A stretch of DNA of 63,246 nucleotides, the filler included. It is 8 parts of 8 records of this genome, joined end to end, with 100 filler letters (N's around TTAATTAATTAA, not from the genome) between each part and the next. Parts side by side here need not be neighbours in the genome. Positions count along the whole stretch, not along the records: positions 28,168 to 46,603 come from SRR11831585_1047; 7 more parts are not named here. One strand, 5' to 3'. Made by a program: the position numbers and the translations under genes. The notes below the pieces were generated by a model. That model searched no databases and was not told the origin of the DNA. It worked only from the letters and a program-made list of their open reading frames with translations. Below, piece by piece: positions 35,904 to 46,703 of the stretch (positions are counted from its first letter, which is position 1; every line of letters begins with the position of its first letter).

Positions 35904-38086
35904 TCTGCCTCCCGAACCAGCCAGATAGTGGCCAGCGGTGGTAGCGTCAGGCTTAGTGAATGCTGACGACCGTGGCTGGCAATCTCATCGCTGTGTACCG
36001 TGCCGCCATTGCCTGCATTACTGCCGTGATAGTGCATGGAATCGGTATTGAGGATTTCACGCCATTTGCCCGGCTGGTTTATGCCGAAGCGATAATCATG
36101 ACGCGGTACCGGCGTAAAGTTACTGGCAACGATGATTTCGTTACCCTCTTTATCGCGACGCACAAAGATCAGCACCGAGCGTTCTTTGTCATCCACCACC
36201 AGCCATTCAAAGCCGTACGGGTCAAAATCCAGTTCATGCATTGCTTTATGGTGGCGGTAGGTGAGGTTCAGATCGCGCACCAGACGCTGGACACCGTGGT
36301 GCCAGTTATCGCCGCCTTCCAACAGATGCCAGTCGAGGCTGGCGTCATGGTTCCACTCGCGGCCCTGGGCAAATTCGTTACCCATGAACAGTAGTTTCTT
36401 GCCCGGGAATGCCCACATCCAGCCATAGTAGGCGCGCAGGTTCGCGAATTTCTGCCATGCGTCGCCCGGCATGCGGTCGAGAATCGATTTTTTACCGTGG
36501 ACCACTTCATCATGCGACAACGGCAGGACGAAGTTTTCAGTGTAGTTGTAGAGAATCCCGAAGGTCAGTTTATCGTGATGATACTGACGATAAACCGGGT
36601 CGAGCTTCATGTAGTCCAGGGTGTCATGCATCCAGCCGAGGTTCCACTTGTACCAGAAGCCCAGACCGCCCATATCCTGCGGACGAGAAACGCCAGGGAA
36701 ATCGGTAGACTCCTCAGCCATTGTCACCGCACCGGAAACCTGCTCACCAAGAATACGGTTGGTATTACGCAAGAATTCAATCGCTTCAAGATTCTCGCGC
36801 CCGCCAAATTCGTTCGGGATCCACTCCCCCTCTTTACGGCTGTAGTCGCGATAAATCATTGACGCCACCGCATCGACGCGCAGCGCATCAATACCAAAAC
36901 GTTCAATCCAGTAAAGCGCGTTACCGACGAGGAAGTTACTGACTTCACGGCGACCATAGTTGTAGATCAGCGTGTTCCAGTCCTGATGATAGCCTTCACG
37001 CGGATCGCTGTGTTCATACAAGTTCGTGCCATCAAATTCGGCAAGCGCAAAGTCATCAGTCGGGAAGTGGCCTGGCACCCAGTCGAGAATCACGTTCAGA
37101 CCAGCTGCGTGTGCGGCATCAATGAAATAACGGAAGTCGTCGCGAGTACCAAAACGGCGGGTTGGCGCATACAGGCCGGTTGGCTGATAACCCCAACTGC
37201 CATCGAAGGGATGCTCGTTAATGGGCAGTAGTTCGAGGTGGGTAAAGCCCATCCATTTAGCATAAGGCACCAGTTGATCGGCCAGCTCGCGGTAGCTCAA
37301 CCAGAAATTGTTGTCGGTGTGGCGACGCCAGGAACCCAGGTGAACTTCATAAATAGAGATTGGCGCATCAAACTGATTCGCTTTTTTGCGCTCTTCAGTC
37401 TGTACAACCTTTTCCGGCAGCCCGCAAATAAGAGACGCGGTTTCCGGGCGCATTTGCGCTTCAAAGGCATAAGGGTCGGACTTCAGACGCAAGTTGCCAT
37501 TGGCATCAATCATCTCGTATTTATAGAGCTGACCGTTATGCGCCCCAGGGATAAACAGTTCCCAGATGCCGCTCTCTTTACGCAGGCGCATCGGGTGACG
37601 GCGACCGTCCCAGTAGTTGAATTGCCCAACCACCGAGACCCGACGGGCGTTTGGAGCCCAGACAGAGAAACGCGTACCTGTGACGCCATCCATAGTATCT
37701 GCATGCGCGCCTAAGGTTTCATACGGGCGCAGGTGAGTACCTTCAGATAATAGCCAGGCATCCATTTCCTGGATTAGCGGACCAAAACGGTAAGGATCAT
37801 CAATCAGGTTTTGCTGACCATGCCAGACAACAGCCAACTGATAGCGGAAAAAATTCTTACGTCGCGGAATGACGCCGCTAAAGAATCCCCGTGAGTCGAG
37901 ACACTCCAGTTTTGCGAGTTTGCGCCCGGTTTTCGGTTCAATCACCCACACATCGGTAGCGTCGGGTAAAAGGGCACGGACTTCCAGTCCCGCGGTGGTT
38001 TTATGCATTCCCAGTACGGAAAAAGGATCCGCAAAATGGCCTGCAATTAGCGCGTTAATCACGTCTCTATCGATACGATCGGACAT
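35900..38086 (-). CDS. glgB: 1,4-alpha-glucan branching enzyme GlgB
   Basis: [26 protein letters not shown]; 728 aa. Confidence 0.97.
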   Translation of the reverse strand: MSDRIDRDVINALIAGHFADPFSVLGMHKTTAGLEVRALLPDATDVWVIEPKTGRKLAKLECLDSRGFFSGVIPRRKNFFRYQLAVVWHGQQNLIDDPYRFGPLIQEMDAWLLSEGTHLRPYETLGAHADTMDGVTGTRFSVWAPNARRVSVVGQFNYWDGRRHPMRLRKESGIWELFIPGAHNGQLYKYEMIDANGNLRLKSDPYAFEAQMRPETASLICGLPEKVVQTEERKKANQFDAPISIYEVHLGSWRRHTDNNFWLSYRELADQLVPYAKWMGFTHLELLPINEHPFDGSWGYQPTGLYAPTRRFGTRDDFRYFIDAAHAAGLNVILDWVPGHFPTDDFALAEFDGTNLYEHSDPREGYHQDWNTLIYNYGRREVSNFLVGNALYWIERFGIDALRVDAVASMIYRDYSRKEGEWIPNEFGGRENLEAIEFLRNTNRILGEQVSGAVTMAEESTDFPGVSRPQDMGGLGFWYKWNLGWMHDTLDYMKLDPVYRQYHHDKLTFGILYNYTENFVLPLSHDEVVHGKKSILDRMPGDAWQKFANLRAYYGWMWAFPGKKLLFMGNEFAQGREWNHDASLDWHLLEGGDNWHHGVQRLVRDLNLTYRHHKAMHELDFDPYGFEWLVVDDKERSVLIFVRRDKEGNEIIVASNFTPVPRHDYRFGINQPGKWREILNTDSMHYHGSNAGNGGTVHSDEIASHGRQHSLSLTLPPLATIWLVREAE

Positions 38087-38358
38087 GCTTGTCTTCCTGT
38101 TTTATTGTGTCACCCCATCCAATTGGATTTTTGACTTCTGGTTGTGACATTTTTTTGACCTGAACGGCGCAGCACTCTGTGCATCCTCTCTGCGTCGTCC
38201 TCACTTCAGGTAAGGCTGTGAATACTCATGTATTCAGCCACCCTTAAAGAATAGCCAATGCTCTATTTAACTCCCGGTAAATCATGAAACATCTGCGCTT
38301 ACTCCTGTATTACGCACTAACAGGGGCGGCATCGCGCCCCAGATTTAATGAATAAAGA

Positions 38359-39462
38359 TTACGCCAGTTGACGAAGCATCCGACGCAGCGGCTCCGCGGC
38401 CCCCCACAGCAGCTGGTCGCCCACGGTAAAGGCTGACAGGAACTCTGGTCCCATATTCAGCTTACGCAGGCGGCCTACCGGCGTGGTCAGCGTGCCGGTA
38501 ACGGCAGCTGGGGTTAGCTCACGCATAGTGATTTCCCGATCGTTCGGAACGACTTTCGCCCACGGATTGTGCGCAGCCAGCAGTTCTTCCACGGTCGGAA
38601 TAGACACATCTTTTTTCAATTTAATAGTGAATGCCTGGCTGTGGCAGCGCAATGCCCCGACACGCACACATAAACCATCTACCGGAATTACGGAAGATGT
38701 GTTGAGGATCTTGTTGGTTTCCGCCTGCCCTTTCCACTCTTCGCGGCTCTGACCGTTATCGAGCTGTTTGTCGATCCACGGAATCAGGCTACCCGCCAGC
38801 GGCACGCCAAAGTTATCCACCGGCAGCTCACCGCTACGGGTTAAGGTTGTGACTTTGCGTTCGATATCGAGAATAGCAGAGGACGGGGTCGCGAGTTCAT
38901 CTGCCACATGGCCATACAGATGGCCCATCTGGGTTAATAACTCACGCATATGTCGCGCACCACCGCCGGAAGCGGCCTGGTAGGTTGCAACGGACACCCA
39001 ATCAACAAGATCATTGGCGAATAAACCACCCAACGACATCAACATCAGGCTTACGGTACAGTTACCGCCAACAAAAGTCCTGATGCCATTATTTAATCCG
39101 TCGGTAATGACGTCCTGATTGACGGGGTCAAGAATGATGATGGCGTCATCTTTCATGCGCAGAGACGATGCTGCGTCAATCCAGTAACCTTGCCATCCGC
39201 TTTCACGAAGCTTTGGATAGATTTCGTTGGTATAATCGCCGCCCTGACAGGTCACAATGATATCGAGGGCCTTTAGCGCCTCCAGATCAAAGGCATCCTG
39301 AAGTGTGCCAGTGGTTCCGCCAAAAGACGGCGCAGCCTGGCCAAGCTGAGAAGTAGAAAAGAAGACAGGGCGAATGGCGTCGAAGTCGCGCTCTTCAACC
39401 ATGCGTTGCATGAGAACGGAGCCGACCATACCGCGCCAGCCGATAAAACCAACATTTTTCAT
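38359..39462 (-). CDS. asd: Aspartate-semialdehyde dehydrogenase
   Basis: [22 protein letters not shown] catalytic Cys; 367 aa. Confidence 0.97.
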
Positions 39463-39654
39463 AAGCGTTTTTTTCCTGCAAAGATGTGTGCTGTATAAAT
39501 GTGCCGGTCTCCTCTTGGCACATCTTTCACCATACAAAAAGCAGCCAAAGTCGCAAGTGAAATTAATCAATGATAGCGAAGCCATCAGTAATGCGACTTA
39601 TCCTGCTTTGTTAGCACGCAGAAAGTCCGCGGCAATTATCAGGGAATTTGAGTT

Positions 39655-40248
39655 ATGAATGAAATCATTTCTGCAGCAGTTTTATTGATCCTGATTATGG
39701 ATCCGCTCGGAAACCTACCTATTTTCATGTCCGTACTGAAACATACTGAACCGAAAAGACGGCGGGCAATCATGGTGCGAGAGTTGCTTATTGCTCTCCT
39801 GGTGATGCTGGTGTTCCTGTTTGCGGGTGAGAAAATTCTGGCATTTCTTAGCCTACGAGCAGAAACCGTCTCCATTTCTGGCGGCATCATTCTGTTTCTG
39901 ATCGCCATTAAAATGATTTTCCCCAGCGCTTCAGGAAATAGCAGCGGGCTTCCGGCAGGTGAAGAGCCATTTATCGTGCCGTTGGCAATTCCGTTAGTCG
40001 CCGGGCCGACTATTCTCGCCACGCTGATGTTGTTGTCTCATCAGTACCCGAATCAGATGGGGCATCTGGTGATTGCTCTGCTGCTGGCCTGGGGCGGCAC
40101 CTTTGTCATCCTGCTACAGTCTTCGCTATTTTTACGTCTGCTGGGCGAGAAAGGGGTGAACGCACTTGAACGCCTGATGGGATTGATTCTGGTGATGATG
40201 GCAACCCAGATGTTCCTCGACGGCATTCGAATGTGGATGAAGGGGTAA
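39655..40248 (+). CDS. yhgN: MarC-family inner membrane protein YhgN
   Basis: IMDPLGNLPIF and VPLAIPLVAGP motifs. Confidence 0.94.
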   Translation: MNEIISAAVLLILIMDPLGNLPIFMSVLKHTEPKRRRAIMVRELLIALLVMLVFLFAGEKILAFLSLRAETVSISGGIILFLIAIKMIFPSASGNSSGLPAGEEPFIVPLAIPLVAGPTILATLMLLSHQYPNQMGHLVIALLLAWGGTFVILLQSSLFLRLLGEKGVNALERLMGLILVMMATQMFLDGIRMWMKG

Positions 40249-40265
40249 CGAGGAGAGTTTTTCGA

Positions 40266-40296
40266 AAAGAACCCGGTAGCGTCACAACTACCGGGC
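40266..40296. terminator. Hairpin/terminator between convergent yhgN and gntU
   Basis: CCCGGTAG-CGTCACAA-CTACCGGG with an A-rich left flank. Confidence 0.6.
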
Positions 40297-40304
40297 GAAC
40301 AAAC

Positions 40305-41645
40305 TTAACTCAACAGCTGGAACGCAATCATCCCAACGATGGCACCGACAGTGCCGAGGATGGTTTCCATCATGGTCCAGGTTTTCAGCGTTTCGGCTTC
40401 GGTCGCGCCGGTAAATTTACCGAACAACCAGAAACCGGCGTCGTTAACGTGGCTGACAACAATCGAACCACCAGCGATACAAATCGACAGCGCCGCCATT
40501 TGCGCACCGGAGTAGTTCAGTTGTTCAATAACCGGCATCACCAGTCCTACCGCCGTTAAACAGGCTACGGTGGCAGAACCCTGAATGATGCGCACTGCAG
40601 CTGCCAGCACGAAGCAGGTGATAGCAATCGGCAGGCCCATGCCGGTTAACGCTTCGCCCAGTGCCGGACCTACGCCAGAGTCAACCAGCACCTGTTTGAA
40701 CACGCCGCCCGCACCAATCACCAGCAGAATGATCCCCGCCGGTTGCAGCGCGTGACCGCAAATCTCCATCACTTTGTCTTTTGGCATGCCCTGACGCATT
40801 GCCAGACCGTAAATCGCCACCAGACAAGCAACCAGAATCGCGGTAAACGGATGACCGATAAACTCAAACCATTCGTAAGCAGTTGATCCTTCCGGCGCAA
40901 AACGCGCGGCAATGGTTTTCAGCCCTACCAGCACCAGCGGCAGCAGGATCAGCGACAGGCTGAATCCGAAAGATGGCATTTTGCCTTCGCCGAGATGCGG
41001 TTCGCTGATGTCGTCAGGAATATGCAGCTCAACGTAACGGCTGATGAAGTTACCCCACAGCGGCCCGGCAATAATCATTCCCGGAATTGCCGCACACAGG
41101 CCAATCAGGATCATCCAGCCAAAGTCGGCATTCATCTGCGATGCCAGCAGCATCGGCGCTGGTCCAGGCACCAGAAATGCCGCCGCTGCCGCCACGCCTG
41201 CAAATAATGGGATTACCAGCTTCACCAGGTTCGTACCGGTGTGGCGCGCCATTGAGAAAGCAACGCTAATCAGCAGAACTATCGCCACTTCAAAGAACAG
41301 CGGTAGCGCACAGACCAGCCCCGCAAGGCCGATGGCATAATGCGCGCGGCTGTGACCGAAGGATTTGAGCATTTTGACGGCAATCTGATCGACTGCGCCG
41401 GTTTCATGTAAGATCTTGCCAAACATAGCTCCCAGGGCGACAACCACCGCCAGGAAGCCGAGGGTGCCTCCCATCCCTTTTTCCATCGTCGCTGCGATTT
41501 TATCGAGCGGCATACCAGAAAAAAGGCCAGCCCCCATGGACACCACCATTAAAGCCAGGAAAGCGTGCATACGCGCCTTCATGACTAAAAACAGCAGCAG
41601 TAAAACAGACCCTACTGCTGTTAAAACAAGCGTTAATGTAGTCAC
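40305..41645 (-). CDS. gntU: Low-affinity gluconate transporter GntU
   Basis: GntP family: RIIQGSATVA; SHVNDAGFW; 446 aa. Confidence 0.96.
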   Translation of the reverse strand: MTTLTLVLTAVGSVLLLLFLVMKARMHAFLALMVVSMGAGLFSGMPLDKIAATMEKGMGGTLGFLAVVVALGAMFGKILHETGAVDQIAVKMLKSFGHSRAHYAIGLAGLVCALPLFFEVAIVLLISVAFSMARHTGTNLVKLVIPLFAGVAAAAAFLVPGPAPMLLASQMNADFGWMILIGLCAAIPGMIIAGPLWGNFISRYVELHIPDDISEPHLGEGKMPSFGFSLSLILLPLVLVGLKTIAARFAPEGSTAYEWFEFIGHPFTAILVACLVAIYGLAMRQGMPKDKVMEICGHALQPAGIILLVIGAGGVFKQVLVDSGVGPALGEALTGMGLPIAITCFVLAAAVRIIQGSATVACLTAVGLVMPVIEQLNYSGAQMAALSICIAGGSIVVSHVNDAGFWLFGKFTGATEAETLKTWTMMETILGTVGAIVGMIAFQLLS

Positions 41646-41648
41646 TAC

Positions 41649-42176
41649 TTATTTGCCTTTTTTAATAACCTCAATGGTGCTTGCCACAACACCTTCCAGC
41701 GGTTGATCGATATCCACCACCAGTACATCGGTTTCGTCCGCACCCGGCTCCTGCAGCGTTTCAAACTGCGTCACCAACATTTGGGTTTTAAAGAAATGGC
41801 CTTTGCGCGCTTTCAGGCGGCTTTCAATCACATCAAAATCGCCTTTCAAATAGATGAAAGAGAGATTCGGATTACCTTCACGCAGCAAGTCGCGATAGTG
41901 TTTTTTCAATGCAGAACAGACGATCAGCGACACTTTATTAGTGCGCTGCATAGCAAACGCGGCGTCGTTCAGCGCCTGCAACCACGGTTTGCGATCGTCG
42001 TCATTCAGTGGTTCGCCAGACGCCATTTTTTCGATATTGCGCCGTGGATGGAGGAAATCGCCATCAAGAAACGCGGCATGAAGTTGATGCGCCACTTCAC
42101 TGGCGACCGCAGATTTGCCGCTGCCCGATACGCCCATCAAGACGTAAATGTGGTGATCATGGTTAGTCGTGCTCAA
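41649..42176 (-). CDS. gntK: Gluconokinase GntK (TTG start)
   Basis: (M)STTNHDHHIYVLMGVSGSGKS; DGDFLHP; 175 aa. Confidence 0.95.
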   Translation of the reverse strand: MSTTNHDHHIYVLMGVSGSGKSAVASEVAHQLHAAFLDGDFLHPRRNIEKMASGEPLNDDDRKPWLQALNDAAFAMQRTNKVSLIVCSALKKHYRDLLREGNPNLSFIYLKGDFDVIESRLKARKGHFFKTQMLVTQFETLQEPGADETDVLVVDIDQPLEGVVASTIEVIKKGK

Positions 42177-42207
42177 AGTGGTGACCCCCACAATACAAGA
42201 ATTAAAA

Positions 42208-42236
42208 ATGTTACGGGTAACTGTTATCGGTAACAT
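42208..42236. promoter_or_regulatory. Tandem GntR operators upstream of gntK
   Basis: ATGTTACGGGTAACT and TGTTATCGGTAACAT match ATGTTA-N4-TAACAT. Confidence 0.8.
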
Positions 42237-42315
42237 TGTCCAGCCGGACAATATCAGAAGCAATATCCATCCATGCCTTAAGTGTATAAGTGTGAGCTAC
42301 TTCAAATTTGTGGGC

Positions 42316-43311
42316 TTAAATAGATCCGCCCGGTGACAAGGTGAAACCTAAATCTAACATTTTCGGTGTCACAGATTCGCCACGAATACGCGCCAGCAGG
42401 CGTTCAGCGCCAATACTGCCCATCCGCTCACGCGGCGTCAGCACGCTCGCAAGTCGTGGCTCCATCACCTGACCAATGTCATGACCGTGGAAACCGGCAA
42501 TCGCCATATCGTCAGGAACTTTTAACCCCAGACGCTGACATTCAAACGCCGCGCCGACCGCCAGGTCATCATTCGTACAGAACACGCCATCCAGCTGCGG
42601 ATATTCCCGCCGCGCCTGGCGAATCAGTTCAATACCGGAAGAGTAAGAAGAAGATTGCTCAACCATCACGCTATATGGCACCAGGCCTGCATCCAGCATC
42701 GCCTGTTCGTATCCCTTCTGTTTGATGATAGTACGTTCGTCGAGACGTGCGCCGAGATAGGCAATGTGGCGATGCCCGCGAGCAATAATGGCAGTGGTCA
42801 TCTGGCGTGCTGCTTCAAAGTTATCAAAACCGACGGCGATATCAAGGCATGGCGACTTGCTGTCCATCAGTTCCACCACGGGAATACCCGCCACTTCAAT
42901 CATCTTTAAGGTGCGCGGCGTGTGGGTACGTTCGGTGAGGATCAGGCCGTCGATATTCCAGGAGAGCATGGATTCGAGGCGTTCTTGCTCCATTTCCGGT
43001 TTATAACCGTAGTGCGCCAGCATGGTCTGATAACCGTGCGCGTCGGTGACGCTTTCGATTCCGCGTAATACTTCCGCGAAAACCTGGTTGGTGAGAGAAG
43101 GTAACAGGACGCCAATCGCCCGGCTGGTGGCGTTAGAGAGGATATCGGGCGCACGATTGGGAATATAGCCCAGTTCATCAAGAGCCGCGGCAATCTTGCC
43201 GCGTAGAGCGACGGAAACCTGCTCCGGGTTGCGTAAAAAACGGCTGACCGTCATTTTGGTCACGCCTACACGGTCAGCCACATCCTGAAGTACGGGTCTT
43301 TTCTTTTTCAT
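42316..43311 (-). CDS. gntR: LacI-family gluconate repressor GntR
   Basis: LQDVADRVGVTKMTVSRFL HTH; 331 aa; adjacent to gntKU. Confidence 0.96.
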   Translation of the reverse strand: MKKKRPVLQDVADRVGVTKMTVSRFLRNPEQVSVALRGKIAAALDELGYIPNRAPDILSNATSRAIGVLLPSLTNQVFAEVLRGIESVTDAHGYQTMLAHYGYKPEMEQERLESMLSWNIDGLILTERTHTPRTLKMIEVAGIPVVELMDSKSPCLDIAVGFDNFEAARQMTTAIIARGHRHIAYLGARLDERTIIKQKGYEQAMLDAGLVPYSVMVEQSSSYSSGIELIRQARREYPQLDGVFCTNDDLAVGAAFECQRLGLKVPDDMAIAGFHGHDIGQVMEPRLASVLTPRERMGSIGAERLLARIRGESVTPKMLDLGFTLSPGGSI

Positions 43312-43406
43312 CGTCCTGAAGGTACAAAAGAGATAGATTCTCTTAGTTTAACACGGACACATCAGAACCTTCCCGGGGAAAACAGTGCTTGTTTACAATT
43401 ATTAGA

Positions 43407-43533
43407 TATACACTAAATCAATTGCATCGCATTGTGCTAACGACGCGGCAAAACCCCGGAAGCGTACATCAGCACGCGACCGGAGCGAGCGAGGAAGCCT
43501 GCAAAAAGGCAGGCTTCAAAGATGCCGTTGAGT
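43407..43533. repeat. Degenerate ERIC/IRU element (127 bp)
   Basis: Begins TATAC; core CCCCGGAAGCGTACATCAGCACGCGACCGGAGCGAGCGAGGAAGCC parallels the ERIC core CCCCAGGAGCTTACATAAGTAAGTGACTGGGGTGAGCG; length matches ERIC. Confidence 0.65.
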
Positions 43534-43534
43534 T

Positions 43535-44230
43535 TTAAACCGGCGGCAGATCGAACAGTAACACTTCGCTGTCGCTATCCGCATGGATGGAGATTGCCTG
43601 CTCATCCCAGATTGCCAGACCATCGCTGGTCGAGACTTTCACGCCGTTAATGGTGACATTGCCTTTCACCACCTGGATCCAGACGCGGCGTTCAGCGGCA
43701 ATCTGATGCACCGACTGCTCATCTTTCAGCAACGCCCAGCGGTACAGTTCCATATCCTGATGCACTTTCAATGAACCATCTCGCGCATCCGGCGAGAGCA
43801 CCAGCTGTTTGCCCTGTACGGCATCGAAGCGACGCTGTTCATAACGCGGCGTAATACCGTTTTCTTCAGGCATGATCCAGATCTGATACAGATGCAGACG
43901 CTCGGTGCTGCTTGGGTTGTACTCTGAGTGACGAATACCCGTACCAGCACTCATAATCTGGAACTCACCCGCCGGAACCTGCTCTTTATTGCCCATGCTG
44001 TCCTGATGCTCAACAGTACCTTCCAGCACGTAGGTCAAAATTTCCATATCTTTATGCGGGTGAGTGCCGAAGCCCTGCCCTGCTTCAATCACGTCGTCGT
44101 TAATCACGCGCAGCGCGGAGAAGCCCATAAAGTTCGGATCGTAATAGTTGGCAAAAGAGAAAGTATGCCAGGAGTCCAGCCAGCCATGATTTGCATGACC
44201 ACGTTCATTTGCTTTGCGTAAGTAGATCAT
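43535..44230 (-). CDS. yhhW: Pirin-family quercetin 2,3-dioxygenase YhhW
   Basis: GFGTHPH; MSAGTGIRHSE; 231 aa. Confidence 0.95.
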   Translation of the reverse strand: MIYLRKANERGHANHGWLDSWHTFSFANYYDPNFMGFSALRVINDDVIEAGQGFGTHPHKDMEILTYVLEGTVEHQDSMGNKEQVPAGEFQIMSAGTGIRHSEYNPSSTERLHLYQIWIMPEENGITPRYEQRRFDAVQGKQLVLSPDARDGSLKVHQDMELYRWALLKDEQSVHQIAAERRVWIQVVKGNVTINGVKVSTSDGLAIWDEQAISIHADSDSEVLLFDLPPV

Positions 44231-44352
44231 TTGTATTCGCCCCCTGAATGATTTCGATGGGCTTAGTGTGGACCCGATCTGCCTGGGATGATAGAGGGTG
44301 AAAATTGACCCCTCTGTTCAAAAAAATTGAACTATTCGAGGGGCCATCAAAC

Positions 44353-45390
44353 TTACTTAGCGAGAGTTACTGTGGAGGGAGAGGCTTGCTCAAATCCGCG
44401 TTCAAGGATTTCCAGATTGGTAAGAACTTCAGATTCCTTGACGTAATTTGGCGCACCGTGGGTGATGGTTTGATACAACGCATCATAAACGCGCCCGTAA
44501 TCGCCCATCTCCGGCTTCATCTCTTCTCTGACCGTCACGCCCTCGTCATTGACATACTCCAGCACACCGACCGAATCATCCGCTGCGAATCCCGGTTCGC
44601 CCGGCATAATATTAGCCTTCAGGCTGGTTTCCTGCTGGTCGATACCGTATTTAATAAACGAACCTTTCTTACCGTGAACGATAAATTTCGGATAATCGAT
44701 TTTCACCAGATGGCTGGTTTTGACGATGGCTTTCAGGTCGCCATAAAACAGTTGCGCTTCAAAGGTGTCGTCAGGATTGGCTTTATTACGCAGGCTGCGG
44801 ATGTCATAAGCGACGTGATCCGGGCGACCGAACAGAGAAATAATCTGGTCCATCGTATGCACACCAAGGCCATAAAACGCGCCATCCTGCGGCAGCCCAG
44901 GTTTGGTTTCTGCCACCGGGCGGTAATAGTCAAAATGGCTTTCCACTTCAACAATCTCTCCCAACTTGCCACTTTCAATCGCTTTTTTCGCTGTCAGGAA
45001 GCAGGAGTCAAAGCGACGATTCTGATACGGCGTGACGGTCAGCCCTTTGCTTTTCGCCAACGCAAACAGCTCTTTCGCCTGCGCAAGTGTCGGAGTGAAC
45101 GGTTTTTCGACCAGCACATTTTTCCCGGCTTCCAGCGCGCGTTTCGCGTACTCGAAATGGCTGTCCGCGTGGGTGCAGACAACAACCAGCTTAACATCGG
45201 GATCGTTTAGTACTTCGTCGAGATCGCTGGTGAAATGGATATGGGAATAAATGGGAGCCTGTTCTTCCGGCTTCGCATGGCGACGAAAAATATGCGCGAC
45301 ATGCCAGCTATCCTTGCGGTTAAGTACATACGGCAGATGGTAACGGGTGGTGCTTTTGCCGAAGCCAATAAAGGCGCAGTTGATGACCAT
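44353..45390 (-). CDS. yhhX: Gfo/Idh/MocA oxidoreductase YhhX
   Basis: AFIGFG; GKNVLVEKP; YQNRRFD; 345 aa. Confidence 0.94.
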   Translation of the reverse strand: MVINCAFIGFGKSTTRYHLPYVLNRKDSWHVAHIFRRHAKPEEQAPIYSHIHFTSDLDEVLNDPDVKLVVVCTHADSHFEYAKRALEAGKNVLVEKPFTPTLAQAKELFALAKSKGLTVTPYQNRRFDSCFLTAKKAIESGKLGEIVEVESHFDYYRPVAETKPGLPQDGAFYGLGVHTMDQIISLFGRPDHVAYDIRSLRNKANPDDTFEAQLFYGDLKAIVKTSHLVKIDYPKFIVHGKKGSFIKYGIDQQETSLKANIMPGEPGFAADDSVGVLEYVNDEGVTVREEMKPEMGDYGRVYDALYQTITHGAPNYVKESEVLTNLEILERGFEQASPSTVTLAK

Positions 45391-45510
45391 GATTTCGTCC
45401 TTTTTAAGGTGGTTATTTACACCTTAGCGCAAAGCGGACGTGGTTCCTACTGGAGTGCGCATAACGAACACAAGCACTCCCGTGGATAAATTGAGAACGA
45501 AAGATCAAAA

Positions 45511-45600
45511 AAAAGCCAGCACCCGGCTGGCTAAGTAATACTGGAAGCAATGTGAGCAATGTCGTGCTTTCAGGTTCTCCGCGAGGGTCTTCCTGATCGC
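45511..45600 (-). ncRNA. ryhB: Fur-regulated sRNA RyhB
   Basis: Minus strand GCGATCAGGAAGACCCTCGCGGAGAACCTGAAAGCACGACATTGCTCACATTGCTTCCAGTATTACTTAGCCAGCCGGGTGCTGGCTTTT with terminator. Confidence 0.97.
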
Positions 45601-45605
45601 GAGAC

Positions 45606-45624
45606 AATAATAATCATTCTCATT
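45606..45624 (-). promoter_or_regulatory. Fur box over the ryhB promoter
   Basis: AATGAGAATGATTATTATT directly upstream of the RyhB 5' end. Confidence 0.85.
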
Positions 45625-45721
45625 CGCACTTGTCCAACACTTTTTGCAAAAAAATGCATTTGACTCGCATTTGAAAGTCAATGATGTTGAAAGGGACATT
45701 TACCCCAAAGAGGACAAAGGA

Positions 45722-46209
45722 ATGAGTGAGATAGTAATACGCCACGCAGAAACACGGGATTACGAGGCCATCAGGCAGATTCACGCCCAGCCGGAGGTGT
45801 ATTGCAACACACTACAGGTGCCTCATCCTTCCGATCATATGTGGCAGGAGCGACTCGCCGATCGTCCCGGCATCAAGCAACTCGTCGCCTGTATTGATGA
45901 AGACGTCGTGGGCCATCTCACCATTGACGTGCAACAGCGCCCACGCCGCAGTCATGTTGCCGATTTTGGTATCTGTGTCGACTCTCGTTGGAAGAACCGC
46001 GGCGTCGCCAGCGCCCTGATGCGAGAGATGATTGAAATGTGCGACAACTGGTTGCGGGTAGATCGCATTGAACTAACCGTGTTTGTCGATAACGCCCCGG
46101 CAATTAAGGTCTATAAAAATACGGCTTTGAAATTGAAGGGACTGGTAAGAAGTACGCATTGCGTAATGGTGAATATGTCGATGCATATTATATGGCGCGG
46201 GTGAAGTAA
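45722..46209 (+). pseudogene. yhhY: Amino acid N-acetyltransferase YhhY (AaaT), -1 frameshift in the A run at 46115-46119 as assembled (probably a sequencing error)
   Basis: GNAT motif WKNRGVASALM; adding one A gives AIKVYKKYGFEIEGTGKKYALRNGEYVDAYYMARVK* (162 aa). Confidence 0.9.
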
Positions 46210-46445
46210 GATAGTGCCCTTTTTCTGAGATGGAAAAAGGGTGTCATTCAAAATCGACATACCTTCCTTTAAGGTATTTATTTGCCCAATACATATATTG
46301 AGATTTAACTCATAATTACTTCCTAAAGTGTAATATTTTATTTTTTAATATATACGCCTACAATTTCCTGGAGTAAATAAATAACAATTAACAAGCATAA
46401 TATTGCCATTGATAAAATAGCATGCCATAAAAAGACTTTTCAGGG

Positions 46446-46603
46446 ATGAGTAATATTGTTTACCTGACAGTAACGGGAGAACAACAAGGAAGCATCTCCG
46501 CAGGTTGTGGGACTTCTGAGTCTACAGGTAATCGTTGGCAGAGCGGGCATGAGGATGAAATATTTACATTCTCACTCTTAAATAATATTAATAATACGGG
46601 GCT
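46446..46603 (+). CDS. yhhZ: YhhZ, Hcp (TssD)-like N-terminal domain protein, 3'-truncated
   Basis: MSNIVYLTVTGEQQGSISAGCGT...GNRWQSGHEDEI, an Hcp-like N-terminus downstream of yhhY. Confidence 0.85.
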
Positions 46604-46703
46604 NNNNNNNNNNNNNNNNNNNNNNNNNNNNNNNNNNNNNNNNNNNNTTAATTAATTAANNNNNNNNNNNNNNNNNNNNNNNNNNNNNNNNNNNNNNNNN
46701 NNN
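46604..46703. other. Artificial contig spacer
   Basis: N44-TTAATTAATTAA-N44. Confidence 0.98.

Noticed and set aside
44305..45210. 301-aa plus-strand ORF
   Set aside because: Antisense shadow of yhhX
45413..45699. Two 64-aa minus-strand ORFs
   Set aside because: They overlap RyhB and its Fur-controlled promoter, which explain the sequence
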